This document shows positions 49,739 through 59,966 of a stretch of DNA of 64,000 nucleotides, piece after piece. Each line of letters begins with the position of its first letter. Within the stretch, counting starts at the first letter, position 1. A model generated the notes under the pieces. It was given only the letters and a program-made list of their open reading frames with translations. It searched no databases and was not told the origin of the DNA. The position numbers were made by a program, and so were the translations under genes. This DNA is from Caldisericota bacterium (GTDB lineage Bacteria > Caldisericota > Caldisericia > JAAYUI01), in assembly GCA_029548865.1 (NCBI GenBank), contig JAKPMO010000007.1:30264-94263 (forward strand). Reading direction: 5' to 3'.

Positions 49739-51522
49739 CCAGTAAAACAAGGGGCATTTTCTTTTATCTGTTCTGGCCAAATGCAATCGCAGGACTGGTT
49801 TTTATTATCTTGTTGTCCACTATTACTTCAATATTCCTCGTGAACCGCTATGAAAGCACGATATTCGACTCTCTCGAATCAAAAGCAAGGATCGTCCAGG
49901 CCAGATATGCAAAATTGCTGAAGAGTGAAAGCGTCTGGGAGTTGAGGCAGGATGTTCTTCAGGCAGGCACCGGCTCTCAAACAAGGATAACAGTCATTGG
50001 GACAGGTGGCAATGTAATCTCGGACAGCCAGGCAGACCCTGGCCAGATGGAAAATCACAAAACAAGACCGGAATTCGAGAGCGCCATGTCTGGACAAACA
50101 GGAAAAGATATCAGATCGAGCTATACGCTGGGCAAAGACATGGCCTACCTGGCTGTGCCTCTTGCAACAGATGGAAAAATTATCGGGGTACTAAGGCTTT
50201 CACAATCTATTTATTCAATAGAAATCCTCATTTTAATAGTTTTTCTTTCCTTCCTTGCCTGTTATTTAGTTTTTTGCATTGTACTCATTTTGATCTCCAA
50301 GGCCATATCAAAAAAAATCGTAGAGACAATAAAACAAATTGCTGGAAAAATCAAAGAAATGGCCGGAGAGGACGGAAGATCAAAGCTTTATATAGATGCT
50401 CCAGCCGAATTCGAGATGCTCTCTGGAGCTGTAAACACGGCCGTGGAAACAATCCAGACAATGGTGAATTCTGCAAACGCCGGGACCGCACAACAGGAAG
50501 CAATCCTGTCATCAATGATGGAGGGTGTTCTCGCAATCGACAGCTCCGAGAGAATAATCAGGATATACAAAAATGCTGCAGTACTGCTCGGAGTTGATGA
50601 AAAGCAGGCCGGCAAGTCAATACACGAGGCAATAAGAAACTCATCGTTGATAAAAATCGTCCGCAAAACACTTGTTTCAGATTCACCGGTAGAAGAGGAT
50701 TTTGTGCTGTCAGGGGCTGATGGCGAAAAATACATCATGGCCACCGGGACGACGATAAAGGACAGGAACTCGAAGGTCCTCGGGGCAGTAATTGTTCTCT
50801 CGGACGTAACAAAACTCAGGATGTTTGAGAGAATGAGGAAAGAATTTGTAGCAAATGTTTCCCACGAACTAAGAACACCGGTCACTTCAATTAAAGGTTC
50901 TGTGGAAACCCTGCTAGACGGTGCAATCGATTATCCAAACGACGCAAGAAAGTTCCTCGGCATAATCGCAAGCCAGGCCGAGCGTCTGGGGTCAATAATC
51001 AATGACCTGATGTCACTCTCCAGAATCGAGCAGGAAGAAGAAAAGGGCCTGATACAGATGGAACCACACAATCTGAAAACGATTGTTTTGAATGCCCTTG
51101 AGGACGTCCAGATAAAAGCAAAAGAAAGGTCGATCCAGATTGACCTTGTATGCGAAAGGGACATCACCATTACAGCAAATGACAGGTTACTTGAACAGGC
51201 GATTGTCAACCTTATTGACAATGCAATAAACTACAGCGACCCTGGCTCAAAAATCACCGTGGAGCTGCTGCAAAATAGTGGTGGGGCCACAATTTCGGTC
51301 AAAGATAATGGCATTGGCATCTCAAAAGAACATATCCCAAGACTATTTGAAAGGTTCTACAGGGTAGATAGAGGACGCTCCAGAAAACAGGGAGGAACAG
51401 GGCTCGGCCTTGCCATTGTGAAACACATCGTGAATGCCCACAATGGTCACATGACAGTCGAGAGCATTCCAGGCTCAGGAAGTACTTTCGCAATCCACAT
51501 TCCCGAAAAAACCAACTATTAA
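49735..51522 (+). CDS. phoR: Phosphate regulon sensor histidine kinase
   Basis: MENH..RPE sensor, PAS, FVANVSHELRTP, NLIDNA, GGTGLGL. Confidence 0.9.
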   Translation: MTSKTRGIFFYLFWPNAIAGLVFIILLSTITSIFLVNRYESTIFDSLESKARIVQARYAKLLKSESVWELRQDVLQAGTGSQTRITVIGTGGNVISDSQADPGQMENHKTRPEFESAMSGQTGKDIRSSYTLGKDMAYLAVPLATDGKIIGVLRLSQSIYSIEILILIVFLSFLACYLVFCIVLILISKAISKKIVETIKQIAGKIKEMAGEDGRSKLYIDAPAEFEMLSGAVNTAVETIQTMVNSANAGTAQQEAILSSMMEGVLAIDSSERIIRIYKNAAVLLGVDEKQAGKSIHEAIRNSSLIKIVRKTLVSDSPVEEDFVLSGADGEKYIMATGTTIKDRNSKVLGAVIVLSDVTKLRMFERMRKEFVANVSHELRTPVTSIKGSVETLLDGAIDYPNDARKFLGIIASQAERLGSIINDLMSLSRIEQEEEKGLIQMEPHNLKTIVLNALEDVQIKAKERSIQIDLVCERDITITANDRLLEQAIVNLIDNAINYSDPGSKITVELLQNSGGATISVKDNGIGISKEHIPRLFERFYRVDRGRSRKQGGTGLGLAIVKHIVNAHNGHMTVESIPGSGSTFAIHIPEKTNY

Positions 51523-51551
51523 AAGTGCAGATTTTAAAACTGGTTAACCCG

Positions 51552-51590
51552 CTAACACAATCCTAACAGAAAAACCAAAATTGCCTAACA
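51552..51590 (+). promoter_or_regulatory. Pho-box-like repeats upstream of pstS
   Basis: CTAACA at 51552, 51563 and 51585 (11 and 22 bp spacing). Confidence 0.65.
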
Positions 51591-51633
51591 GTTGCCAAAT
51601 ATAAAAGACCCGCAAACAGACAAAGGAGAAAAA

Positions 51634-52545
51634 ATGAAAAAGATAAACATCTTTAGAGCAGCAATAGCCACACTTGGAGCTATTGTCCTCCTGTTTACAG
51701 CAGGTTGCGGAGGTCAGAATGGCAATGCCGGAACAAATAGTGGCGATGGCGAAAACACAAACCCTCCAACCCAGACAGTAAATATTACAATAACCGGCTC
51801 GGATTCAATGCTTCATCTTTGCAACAACTGGGCAGAACAGTTCATGAAAAACAACAAGAACTACATGATCACCGTCAACGGCGGGGGATCAGGTGTTGGC
51901 ATCAAGGCGCTCATCAATGGAACCACCGACATAGCATCTGCCTCCCGCGAAATGAAGGGCTCCGAAAAAGACGAAGCAAAGACAAACGGAAACGAAGCAG
52001 TCGAGAACCTCGTGGCCCTTGACGGGATAGCAATTGCAATCAACCCGGAAAACCCTGTACAAGACTTCACTATGACACAACTCAAGGACATCTTCACCGG
52101 AAAGAAAACCAATTGGAAAGACTTTGGTGGCCCAGACCAGAAGATAATTATCCTCTCAAGGGAATCATCTTCCGGGACCTACCAATTCTTCCAGGAACAC
52201 GTCCTTGCGAAAGAAAATTATGCACAGACAGCGCTCCTCATGCCAGCAACATCAGCAATTATTGATTCAGTTGCTCAGGACAAGTGGGCAATCGGATACG
52301 TCGGTCTTGGCTACGCAGCAGAAGCTGGCTCGAGAATCAAGGTGGTACCAGTCAAGAAAGATGATGCATCGCCAGCAGTAATGCCATCAGAAGCAACAGT
52401 AAAAGACAAGAGCTACCCAATCGCCCGCGCCCTTTACCTCTACACCAAAACCACGAGCACAAGCGATGTAACAAAATTCATTGATTTCGTCCTCTCTTCA
52501 GAAGGACAGAACATCGTCAAGGAAGCTGGCTACATAACAAAATAA
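51634..52545 (+). CDS. pstS: Phosphate ABC transporter substrate-binding lipoprotein
   Basis: Lipobox TAGC, GSDS, GGGSGVG, RESSSGT, YPIARALY. Confidence 0.94.
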   Translation: MKKINIFRAAIATLGAIVLLFTAGCGGQNGNAGTNSGDGENTNPPTQTVNITITGSDSMLHLCNNWAEQFMKNNKNYMITVNGGGSGVGIKALINGTTDIASASREMKGSEKDEAKTNGNEAVENLVALDGIAIAINPENPVQDFTMTQLKDIFTGKKTNWKDFGGPDQKIIILSRESSSGTYQFFQEHVLAKENYAQTALLMPATSAIIDSVAQDKWAIGYVGLGYAAEAGSRIKVVPVKKDDASPAVMPSEATVKDKSYPIARALYLYTKTTSTSDVTKFIDFVLSSEGQNIVKEAGYITK

Positions 52546-52561
52546 GGTAAAGAAATCAAAC

Positions 52562-52604
52562 CTTTGAGGGTAGCCTTTTGGTGCTACCCTCAAAGTCTTT
52601 TTTT
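52562..52604 (+). terminator. Hairpin after pstS (partial terminator or stabiliser)
   Basis: CTTTGAGGGTAGC...GCTACCCTCAAAG followed by a T-run. Confidence 0.7.
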
Positions 52605-52619
52605 GACAGGAGCAAATAC

Positions 52620-53489
52620 GTGCAAAAATGGAAAGAAAAGGCAGTAAAGCTTGGCCTGCTTGGGGCCTCGTCGACTTCAATACTGATCGTCCTGCTCATT
52701 TTCTTCTATCTTATAAAAGAGGCCCTTCCATTTGCGCTTGACCCAGGTCTTTCTTCACTTTCCGGCAGTCTTTGGGCGCCAACCTCGATGCTCAAGGAAT
52801 CTTTTGGAATACTGCCACTTTTGACAGGCTCCCTTCTTGTAACGGCCATAGCCACAATAATAGCTGTGCCGGTAGGCGTTACGGCCGCAATCTACATCTC
52901 CGAGATTGCCAGACCCGCAGAAAGGGAAGTCCTTAAACCTTTTATTGAACTTCTCGCGGCACTCCCTTCCGTTGTGATAGGGTTTTTTGGGTTGGTCGTT
53001 TTTGTTCCGCTGGTGAAATCGGTTTTCGGACTATCCACCGGACTGACCGCACTTACCGGCGCCCTGCTCCTAGCTCTGATGGCCATCCCCACAATCATAT
53101 CAATTTCCGAAGACGCCATAAATTCTGTTCCTGGCTCCTACAAACAAGCTTCTCTTGCCCTTGGGGCAAGCAAACTCGAAACAATATTCAAAATAACTGT
53201 CCCGGCCGCACTCTCCGGAATAGTGGCCTCCATAACGCTTGGAATCGGAAGAGTCATTGGCGAAACCATGGCAGTGCTGATGGTTACAGGAAACGCCGCC
53301 GTTGTGACCATGAACCCACTGACATCAGTTAGAACTATGACTGCAACGGTAGCCGCAGAAATGGGTGAAGTAGCCTTTGGCTCCCACCACTACAGGGCGC
53401 TGTTCTGGGTGGCCCTGATATTACTTGGAATAACCTTTGCACTTAATATTCTGGCCCAAAAGGCACTTTCAAAGTACAAACTCGGATAA
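52620..53489 (+). CDS. pstC: Phosphate ABC transporter permease
   Basis: ELLAALPSVV, ISEDA, GRVIGETMAV; RBS AGGAG plus GTG 52620. Confidence 0.93.
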   Translation: MQKWKEKAVKLGLLGASSTSILIVLLIFFYLIKEALPFALDPGLSSLSGSLWAPTSMLKESFGILPLLTGSLLVTAIATIIAVPVGVTAAIYISEIARPAEREVLKPFIELLAALPSVVIGFFGLVVFVPLVKSVFGLSTGLTALTGALLLALMAIPTIISISEDAINSVPGSYKQASLALGASKLETIFKITVPAALSGIVASITLGIGRVIGETMAVLMVTGNAAVVTMNPLTSVRTMTATVAAEMGEVAFGSHHYRALFWVALILLGITFALNILAQKALSKYKLG

Positions 53490-54340
53490 TGGCAAAAAAG
53501 AAAACTGAAAAGATTGTATATGGTGTTATTTGGTTTGTGACCTATCTGGTCGTGTTCATGGTGGGCTACATAATTTTTGACATTGTCATAAAAGGATTGC
53601 CTGCCATTTCGTGGGACTTCCTCACACAGATGCCATCAAAATCAGGCTCCCAGGGTGGTATACTGCCAGCAATCATAGGTACTTTCTATCTGGTGATCGG
53701 GACCGTGGCAATTGCACTCCCGCTTGGCATTGCCTCGGCCATATACCTCAATGAATATTCAAGGCCGTCCACGTTCACAAGGATGATAAGGCTTGGAATA
53801 AGTACACTGGCCGGCGTTCCTTCAATTGTTTTTGGGCTTTTTGGAATGGGGCTTTTTGTGCTTGCGCTGGGCTTTGGCAAATCGATACTTGCAGGCAGCC
53901 TTACGCTTGCCTGCATGGTTCTTCCAACCATCATAGTGGCCTCCGAAGAGGCATTGAAGGCTGTCCCAGACTCGATGAGGGAGGGCAGCCTTGCTCTCGG
54001 CGCAACAAAATGGCAGACGATCTACAGAAACGTCCTTCCCTACGCACTCCCTGGAATGCTCACCGGCTCGATACTTGGCATTGGAAGGGCTGCGGGTGAA
54101 ACCGCCCCGATCATTTTTACAGTTGCAGCAACACTCCTTCCAAAGCTCCCAAGGTCAATATTTGATCAGGTAATGGCCCTGCCATACCACCTATACATGC
54201 TTGCAACCCAGATGCCCAACCAGACCACAATAAAACCAATGCAATACGGGACAGCCTTTGTCCTGCTCGTCATAGTCCTTGGCGTAGATGTTGTGGCAAT
54301 CATTTTCCGCAGCAGGCTCAGGAGGAAAAACAAATGGTGA
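53489..54340 (+). CDS. pstA: Phosphate ABC transporter permease
   Basis: [35 protein letters not shown]. Confidence 0.94.
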   Translation: MAKKKTEKIVYGVIWFVTYLVVFMVGYIIFDIVIKGLPAISWDFLTQMPSKSGSQGGILPAIIGTFYLVIGTVAIALPLGIASAIYLNEYSRPSTFTRMIRLGISTLAGVPSIVFGLFGMGLFVLALGFGKSILAGSLTLACMVLPTIIVASEEALKAVPDSMREGSLALGATKWQTIYRNVLPYALPGMLTGSILGIGRAAGETAPIIFTVAATLLPKLPRSIFDQVMALPYHLYMLATQMPNQTTIKPMQYGTAFVLLVIVLGVDVVAIIFRSRLRRKNKW

Positions 54341-55131
54341 TGATAGGAAACCAGACACCACCGCAGATTGATGAACCAGAGATTGAAATAGATGTCCAGA
54401 ACCTGGATTTTTATTACGGGAAACACCAGGCCCTCCATGATATTTGTATATCAATACCAAAGGGCATGGTTACAGCGCTTATCGGCCCTTCAGGGTGCGG
54501 AAAATCGACTTTTCTGCGCACCCTGAACAGAATGAATGACATCATTGGAGGAACAAGAGTAGAGGGAAAAATCGTCATCCAGTCACAGGACATCTACGCA
54601 CCAAACATCGATGTGGTCATGCTCAGGAAAAGGGTTGGAATGGTCTTTCAGAAACCAAACCCTTTCCCAAAATCGATTTTCGAGAATGTTGCATATGGAC
54701 CAAGGATACACGGCATAAAGAACAGGGCACAACTCCAGGAGATCGTGGAAAGAAGCCTCGTGAGGGCCGCAATATGGGACGAGGTCAAGGACAGACTCCA
54801 CATAAGCGGGCTTGAGCTCTCCGGCGGACAGCAACAGAGGCTTTGCATCGCCAGGGCACTCGCGGTTGACCCCGACATACTGTTAATGGACGAACCTGCC
54901 TCGGCCCTTGATCCAAGGTCTACCCAAAGAATAGAAGATCTTATTGCCGAGTTGCGGGGTGATTACACAATTGTCATCGTTACGCACAATATGCAACAAG
55001 CGGCAAGAGTTTCGGACTACACAGCTTTCTTTTATGAAGGACATTTAATTGAGTTTGGAAAGACAGAACGTATATTCACAAAACCAAATAACAAGCAAAC
55101 CGAGGACTACATAACCGGTCGCTTCGGATGA
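54334..55131 (+). CDS. pstB: Phosphate ABC transporter ATP-binding protein
   Basis: [32 protein letters not shown]. Confidence 0.96.
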   Translation: MVMIGNQTPPQIDEPEIEIDVQNLDFYYGKHQALHDICISIPKGMVTALIGPSGCGKSTFLRTLNRMNDIIGGTRVEGKIVIQSQDIYAPNIDVVMLRKRVGMVFQKPNPFPKSIFENVAYGPRIHGIKNRAQLQEIVERSLVRAAIWDEVKDRLHISGLELSGGQQQRLCIARALAVDPDILLMDEPASALDPRSTQRIEDLIAELRGDYTIVIVTHNMQQAARVSDYTAFFYEGHLIEFGKTERIFTKPNNKQTEDYITGRFG

Positions 55132-55147
55132 TTTGGAGGGTTAGAAA

Positions 55148-55840
55148 ATGCCAAAAAATTTTCTGCTTGAAGTAGAGACCCTGAAAAAAAAGACACTTTA
55201 CCTCTCAGCGATAGTCGAAGAGACTTTTCAGAAGACCATGAAGGCCTTTCAGGAAAGGGACGAAGCCACAGCAAAAGCAATCATCGAGGCCGACTACGAA
55301 ATAGACACCCTTGAAGTGGACCTGGAAGAGGAATGCCTCAAGGTGTTGGCACTCCACCAACCCGTTGCTTCAGATCTCAGGTACATCACCTCTATAATCA
55401 AAATCAATAGCGAGCTTGAAAGGATTGGCGACCTTGCCTGCAATATCTGCAAGTGCCTCCTCAGAATGGCCAAATTGCCAAGGGTCGATCCAGTCCCTGA
55501 AATCGAATTGATGGCGGAACGCTCAAAAATAATGTTCAGGCAGAGCCTCGATGCCCTGATGAGAATGGACACGGTTCTTGCCTACAAGATATTCTCCGAT
55601 GACGAGGAAGTGGACAAGGGCAAGAGAATCGTCTACGAACTAGTAAAAGAGAGGATCAAAAAGAACCCTGATGATCTTGAGGCCTATCTAAACATCCTCT
55701 CTGTATCGAGGTTTCTTGAGCGCATCGCAGACCACGCAACAAATATCGCCGAAGACGTTGTTTATATGCTTGAGGGCGAGATAGTAAGACACAAGGTGGA
55801 AGGCTCCACTGCCAGCAAGCAACACAAAGACAATCAATAA
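55148..55840 (+). CDS. phoU: Phosphate signalling protein PhoU
   Basis: QPVASDLR, ELERIGD, LERIADHATNIAE. Confidence 0.95.
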   Translation: MPKNFLLEVETLKKKTLYLSAIVEETFQKTMKAFQERDEATAKAIIEADYEIDTLEVDLEEECLKVLALHQPVASDLRYITSIIKINSELERIGDLACNICKCLLRMAKLPRVDPVPEIELMAERSKIMFRQSLDALMRMDTVLAYKIFSDDEEVDKGKRIVYELVKERIKKNPDDLEAYLNILSVSRFLERIADHATNIAEDVVYMLEGEIVRHKVEGSTASKQHKDNQ

Positions 55841-56836
55841 TTATTCTGCCACAAAAACCTTCTGGCTATAACCAGATACGACCATCCCGCCAGGAAAAAA
55901 CTCAACCTGGTTTGTCCCATCCGGGACGACAAATTCTGATATTTTTGTGAGTTTAAGGTCCATTGTAACTAATTTGCCAGTGCAGATGGCCGCAATACCA
56001 TCAGGTGCGGCAGAGACAAATATGGGCTGGCATCCAATATCGACTGCATAAACCATATTACCTTTTCTGTCCAGGGCCATCAGCCCCTTGTCATAGGCGA
56101 TTATCAGCTTGCCACCCAGCTCCACTGGCTGGCATGTGGCCCTTATGGGTTTTGACCAGAGGACACTGCCCGTGGCCTGATCAAGTGCAATCGTTTCGTT
56201 TTCGCAGAGCGCAACCACGCCCCACGAAAATGCCTTCAGATTGTTTGTTCTGGAAATGAGCTTTGCTCCCCAGAGGAGGTCACCGGACTCATTCCTTGCC
56301 TGGACTTCACCCTCAACTGTGACCGTATAGATATTACCGCCATTGGCTTCGATAATGGGGAGCGAGAGCGGCACAGCAAACTTTTTTTCTCCAACAAAAA
56401 CACCCTCGCCTTCGACCCTGTAAATCTTCCCAGAGTACGTTTTTGGCAGGGAACCAATTTTCTCATTCTGGTTCTTCAAGATTTCTCTGCCTCTGCCATC
56501 AAGACGGACAGTCAGGTCTCCGGCCATGCTCTGGAAGACGCAAACAATATTATCACTGGCTGTTCCAACATAAACACACTGCCAGCCTTTGTCTGTTGGC
56601 GCATCATACTTCCACTCTGGCTCAAGTTCTGGCAAGGAAAGCGAGACTACAGAACCTTCAACAGGGATTATCAGGCTATCACCAAACAGCATAGCCTTTC
56701 CGGTTGAATGATAACCAGATGACGCGCCTTCCACAAATTTGACGGTTGCTGATGCAGGTTTTACTGGCGATTGGCCGCATGAGACCAACAAAAAAAAGGC
56801 TAACGTGCTAACGGCGCCAAATGTCCTGGTTGTCAT
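55841..56836 (-). CDS. PQQ-like beta-propeller lipoprotein
   Basis: Lipobox LVSC; ALDQATGSVLW. Confidence 0.65.
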   Translation of the reverse strand: MTTRTFGAVSTLAFFLLVSCGQSPVKPASATVKFVEGASSGYHSTGKAMLFGDSLIIPVEGSVVSLSLPELEPEWKYDAPTDKGWQCVYVGTASDNIVCVFQSMAGDLTVRLDGRGREILKNQNEKIGSLPKTYSGKIYRVEGEGVFVGEKKFAVPLSLPIIEANGGNIYTVTVEGEVQARNESGDLLWGAKLISRTNNLKAFSWGVVALCENETIALDQATGSVLWSKPIRATCQPVELGGKLIIAYDKGLMALDRKGNMVYAVDIGCQPIFVSAAPDGIAAICTGKLVTMDLKLTKISEFVVPDGTNQVEFFPGGMVVSGYSQKVFVAE

Positions 56837-57623
56837 ATCTTCCGTCTTCCCTTTCATTATCGTCCTGGTTTGGTCTCCTGCCAAAAAACCTTGATTGCTT
56901 CTTCATTTGGGTAATCACTGGCCCCCACGGTTGTGGCGCGTATGGCCTGAAAAGCTTAAGATAGGCAAAACCAACGATGTATCCATAGATGAAGCCACCA
57001 ATGTGTGCCCACCAGGCCACGCCTCCATCTCCACCAAGGAGGTTGAAGAATTGCATTCCAAACCAGATTAGGAGCCACCAGTAGGCTGAGATGTCAACAA
57101 ACGTTATAAAGAAGAAAATGACAAGAGTTCTTATTTTTGATGTTGGAAAGAGGGCAAGATACGAGCCCATGACGGCCGCAATGGCCCCAGAAGCACCGAT
57201 AGTCGGGACAAAAGCATTCGTTGGGTTGAGGGAAAAGGCCATGTGCGAGAGATTAGCTATCACACCACCAGTGATGTAGAAAACCAGAAAACCCAGCCAG
57301 CCATAGGCATTTTCTATGTTGTCGCCAAAAACCCATAGATAAAGCATGTTGAAGAGGATATGGAGGAAGTCACCATGAAGAAACAGTGATGTGACAAGGG
57401 TAAGCAGGTATGGGATTGCAGGATAGGGATACCCGGCAGGCAATTCCCATCCTGCTATTATGCCAGGAGTCATACCATATTTTGCAACAAAGATGGCATT
57501 ATTGTCTGGAGAAAGTGTTATTTGATAGATAAAAACTATTGCGCAGGCAATAATGATCGACCAAACGACATAAGGCCTTTTGGTATTGGCTCTCCTGAGG
57601 TTGTAATCAAATAATGGAATCAT
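56808..57623 (-). CDS. Rhomboid family intramembrane serine protease
   Basis: FLHGDFLHILFNM, GASGA, AHIGG. Confidence 0.93.
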   Translation of the reverse strand: MIPLFDYNLRRANTKRPYVVWSIIIACAIVFIYQITLSPDNNAIFVAKYGMTPGIIAGWELPAGYPYPAIPYLLTLVTSLFLHGDFLHILFNMLYLWVFGDNIENAYGWLGFLVFYITGGVIANLSHMAFSLNPTNAFVPTIGASGAIAAVMGSYLALFPTSKIRTLVIFFFITFVDISAYWWLLIWFGMQFFNLLGGDGGVAWWAHIGGFIYGYIVGFAYLKLFRPYAPQPWGPVITQMKKQSRFFGRRPNQDDNEREDGRYDNQDIWRR

Positions 57624-58504
57624 TGCCCCTTGCCCTCTTCTTCATTCTCTGGTTTTTTTGGTTCTTCTTCTTTTGGCTCCTCTTTCTTTTTGCCAGCAAC
57701 TTCCTTGTCTGCTTGTTCAATGAGCACCAACTCTTCATCGGAAACTGTGGATTGGATTTTGCTCCTTCTCAGGTAGATGTGTAGGCCTATTGCCAAGAGA
57801 AGCCCCAATATGTTCCCCATCTGGGCAGAATTGAATGGCGTCCCAAAAAGGGCCCCATGCCCAGGGTCTGATCTTAGAAACTCTGTTCCAAGATGGAAGA
57901 TAGTGTACATGTAGAGGAAAAGTGTAAAAAGCCAGCCCTGGAAGAATTTGCGTTTTGTAGATACCCAGTAGAGCACAACAAACATGATGACAGCAACGGC
58001 GGCATTCACAAGCTGTGTTGGAAAAACCGGCACAAGTTTTCCAGTCCCAGGCATCACGATACCCCAAGAGCAATCAGGGCCATAGCAACAACCATTCATG
58101 AAACAGCCAAGCCTGCCAAAAAAATAGCCTATTGCAATGCTTGGTGCCGCAAGATCCATTATTCTCCAGAAAGACAGTTTTCGCACTTTGGTAAATATGG
58201 CCACGGCAGGTATGTTAAAGACAATAATGCCGATAAATGATAAGCCTGACATCTGCAGTGTGAATATTTCAAGAGGATTGGCAAGCCAGTACGAGAAATT
58301 GTTTGTGAATATGTACATCAGCCTTGCACCAATTATGCCTACCAGAACACCCATGAACGCCAGATCGTAAAGATCATTTTTCTTCAGGCCATGATACTTG
58401 CACCTGGTCCAAGCGTAGGCAACACCTGCAATAATCCCAACTGTAATCAGGATGCCGTACCAGCGAATCTCGAAGTTGCCAATAAAAAATGCAATTGGAT
58501 GCAT
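57620..58504 (-). CDS. lgt: Prolipoprotein diacylglyceryl transferase
   Basis: IRWYG, GARL, GRLGCFMNGCCYG, FPTQL, EFLR. Confidence 0.92.
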   Translation of the reverse strand: MHPIAFFIGNFEIRWYGILITVGIIAGVAYAWTRCKYHGLKKNDLYDLAFMGVLVGIIGARLMYIFTNNFSYWLANPLEIFTLQMSGLSFIGIIVFNIPAVAIFTKVRKLSFWRIMDLAAPSIAIGYFFGRLGCFMNGCCYGPDCSWGIVMPGTGKLVPVFPTQLVNAAVAVIMFVVLYWVSTKRKFFQGWLFTLFLYMYTIFHLGTEFLRSDPGHGALFGTPFNSAQMGNILGLLLAIGLHIYLRRSKIQSTVSDEELVLIEQADKEVAGKKKEEPKEEEPKKPENEEEGKGQ

Positions 58505-58575
58505 CTGTCCTCCTTGTACGCAACTTTTATAACATATTATTGAAAAAAATCGATTGTGTATTTATTATTTGCCCC

Positions 58576-59505
58576 ATGAAAAGAAACCTAGCTTTTGCGT
58601 TGCTACTCACAATAGCCTTTGCTTCATGCGGCACACCATCTTACCTTGAAGGCCCAGGTGAAACAAAAAAAGAAATAGGTGCTGTGGCCCCAGTTCCAAA
58701 TGAGGCAAAGCTCGTGGAGATAGGCGAAGAGATGCAAAAGAAGATCGCTTCGTTCAACTACCTCACTGATATTGAAGGTAAAATAAACATCCTTAACAAA
58801 GAGCAAAGAGAATATAACGTGACCCAGGCAAGCGACGCAGGAGAGCCAGAGATACTGAAAAATGATTCAGAAAAAGACGGAACCATCGAAATTCTTTACA
58901 GCGCTGGGAGTGTTGCAATACTGAACCTTGCCATCAGCAGAATTACAAATTTCCAGGTATCCGAGCTTTATTTGCCACCAAAAGCAACACAAAGCGACAT
59001 CCAGTCTGGAAGGGAAATGGACAGGATGATAGCCGAGCGTGTGGCAAGAGCTTTCTTCACATATATGGGCAAAAACCTTGAAAATTACAAAATAATGTCG
59101 ATCAATACTGGAATGGATGGCCAGTCAAAGGTTGTTTTCTCCGAAATTCTCAAAGATGAAGAAGTTCCATCACCAAACCGATTGGTTGCTGAAATAGATT
59201 TCTGGGGTTTTGTGGTTGGCTTTGATGACGGGATTGGGCCGGATGTGACCATCGGAACCAAACCAGCAACCAACGAAGAGGACGCCATAAAGACTGCAAA
59301 AGCATACCTTGGCATGAAAAAAGACAGGGAATTCATCAACTCACCGAAGAGAGTGGTCTATCGAAAGGAGTCTGTCGAGAACGGAAAACTGTATGCCCTC
59401 GACAGACTGGTATGGTTTTTCGACTTGATTCCGGAGAAGTTTGAGGGCAGAGCCGCTTTAATGGTTGACGCCATAGCACCAGGGAAGGTGGTCGGCGAGC
59501 AATAG
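58576..59505 (+). CDS. Hypothetical lipoprotein (PepSY-like C-terminus)
   Basis: Lipobox FASC; NEEDAIKTAKAYL..RLVW. Confidence 0.6.
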   Translation: MKRNLAFALLLTIAFASCGTPSYLEGPGETKKEIGAVAPVPNEAKLVEIGEEMQKKIASFNYLTDIEGKINILNKEQREYNVTQASDAGEPEILKNDSEKDGTIEILYSAGSVAILNLAISRITNFQVSELYLPPKATQSDIQSGREMDRMIAERVARAFFTYMGKNLENYKIMSINTGMDGQSKVVFSEILKDEEVPSPNRLVAEIDFWGFVVGFDDGIGPDVTIGTKPATNEEDAIKTAKAYLGMKKDREFINSPKRVVYRKESVENGKLYALDRLVWFFDLIPEKFEGRAALMVDAIAPGKVVGEQ

Positions 59506-59507
59506 AA

Positions 59508-59891
59508 TTACCTGGTCTTTGCTATTGCATCCATCTCCACGTTGAAGCCAAGCGGCAATGCTGAAACTGCCACAGCAACTCTTGCTGGCGGATTGGTTTT
59601 GAAAAATTCCTTGTAGATCTCATTCACTTCCTTGAAGAAGTCCATTGAGGTAAGATAAACGGTAATTTTCACAACATCCTCCAGAGTACATCCTGCTTCT
59701 TCAAGAATGCCGGTTATGTTCTGCAACACCTGTCTGGCTTGCTCTGATGGAGAACTTTTGATGTGATCACCGGTTTTTGGGTCAATCGGAATCTGGCCAG
59801 AACAGAAAATAAATTCCCCTGCCTGTATTGCCTGTGAATATGGGCCAATCGCCTCTGGCGCGTTTTTTGTCTTGATAACCTTCTTGTCCAT
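59508..59891 (-). CDS. ridA: RidA/YjgF enamine deaminase
   Basis: APEAIGPYSQA, SGQIP, PPAR, VEMDAIA; RBS GGAGG. Confidence 0.92.
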   Translation of the reverse strand: MDKKVIKTKNAPEAIGPYSQAIQAGEFIFCSGQIPIDPKTGDHIKSSPSEQARQVLQNITGILEEAGCTLEDVVKITVYLTSMDFFKEVNEIYKEFFKTNPPARVAVAVSALPLGFNVEMDAIAKTR

Positions 59892-59966
59892 GCAACCTCC
59901 TTGCCTTTGTGTGTGTATGTGTGTAGGATAATACGTTAGTTTTGTTTTTTCCACAATGGAGGTAGT

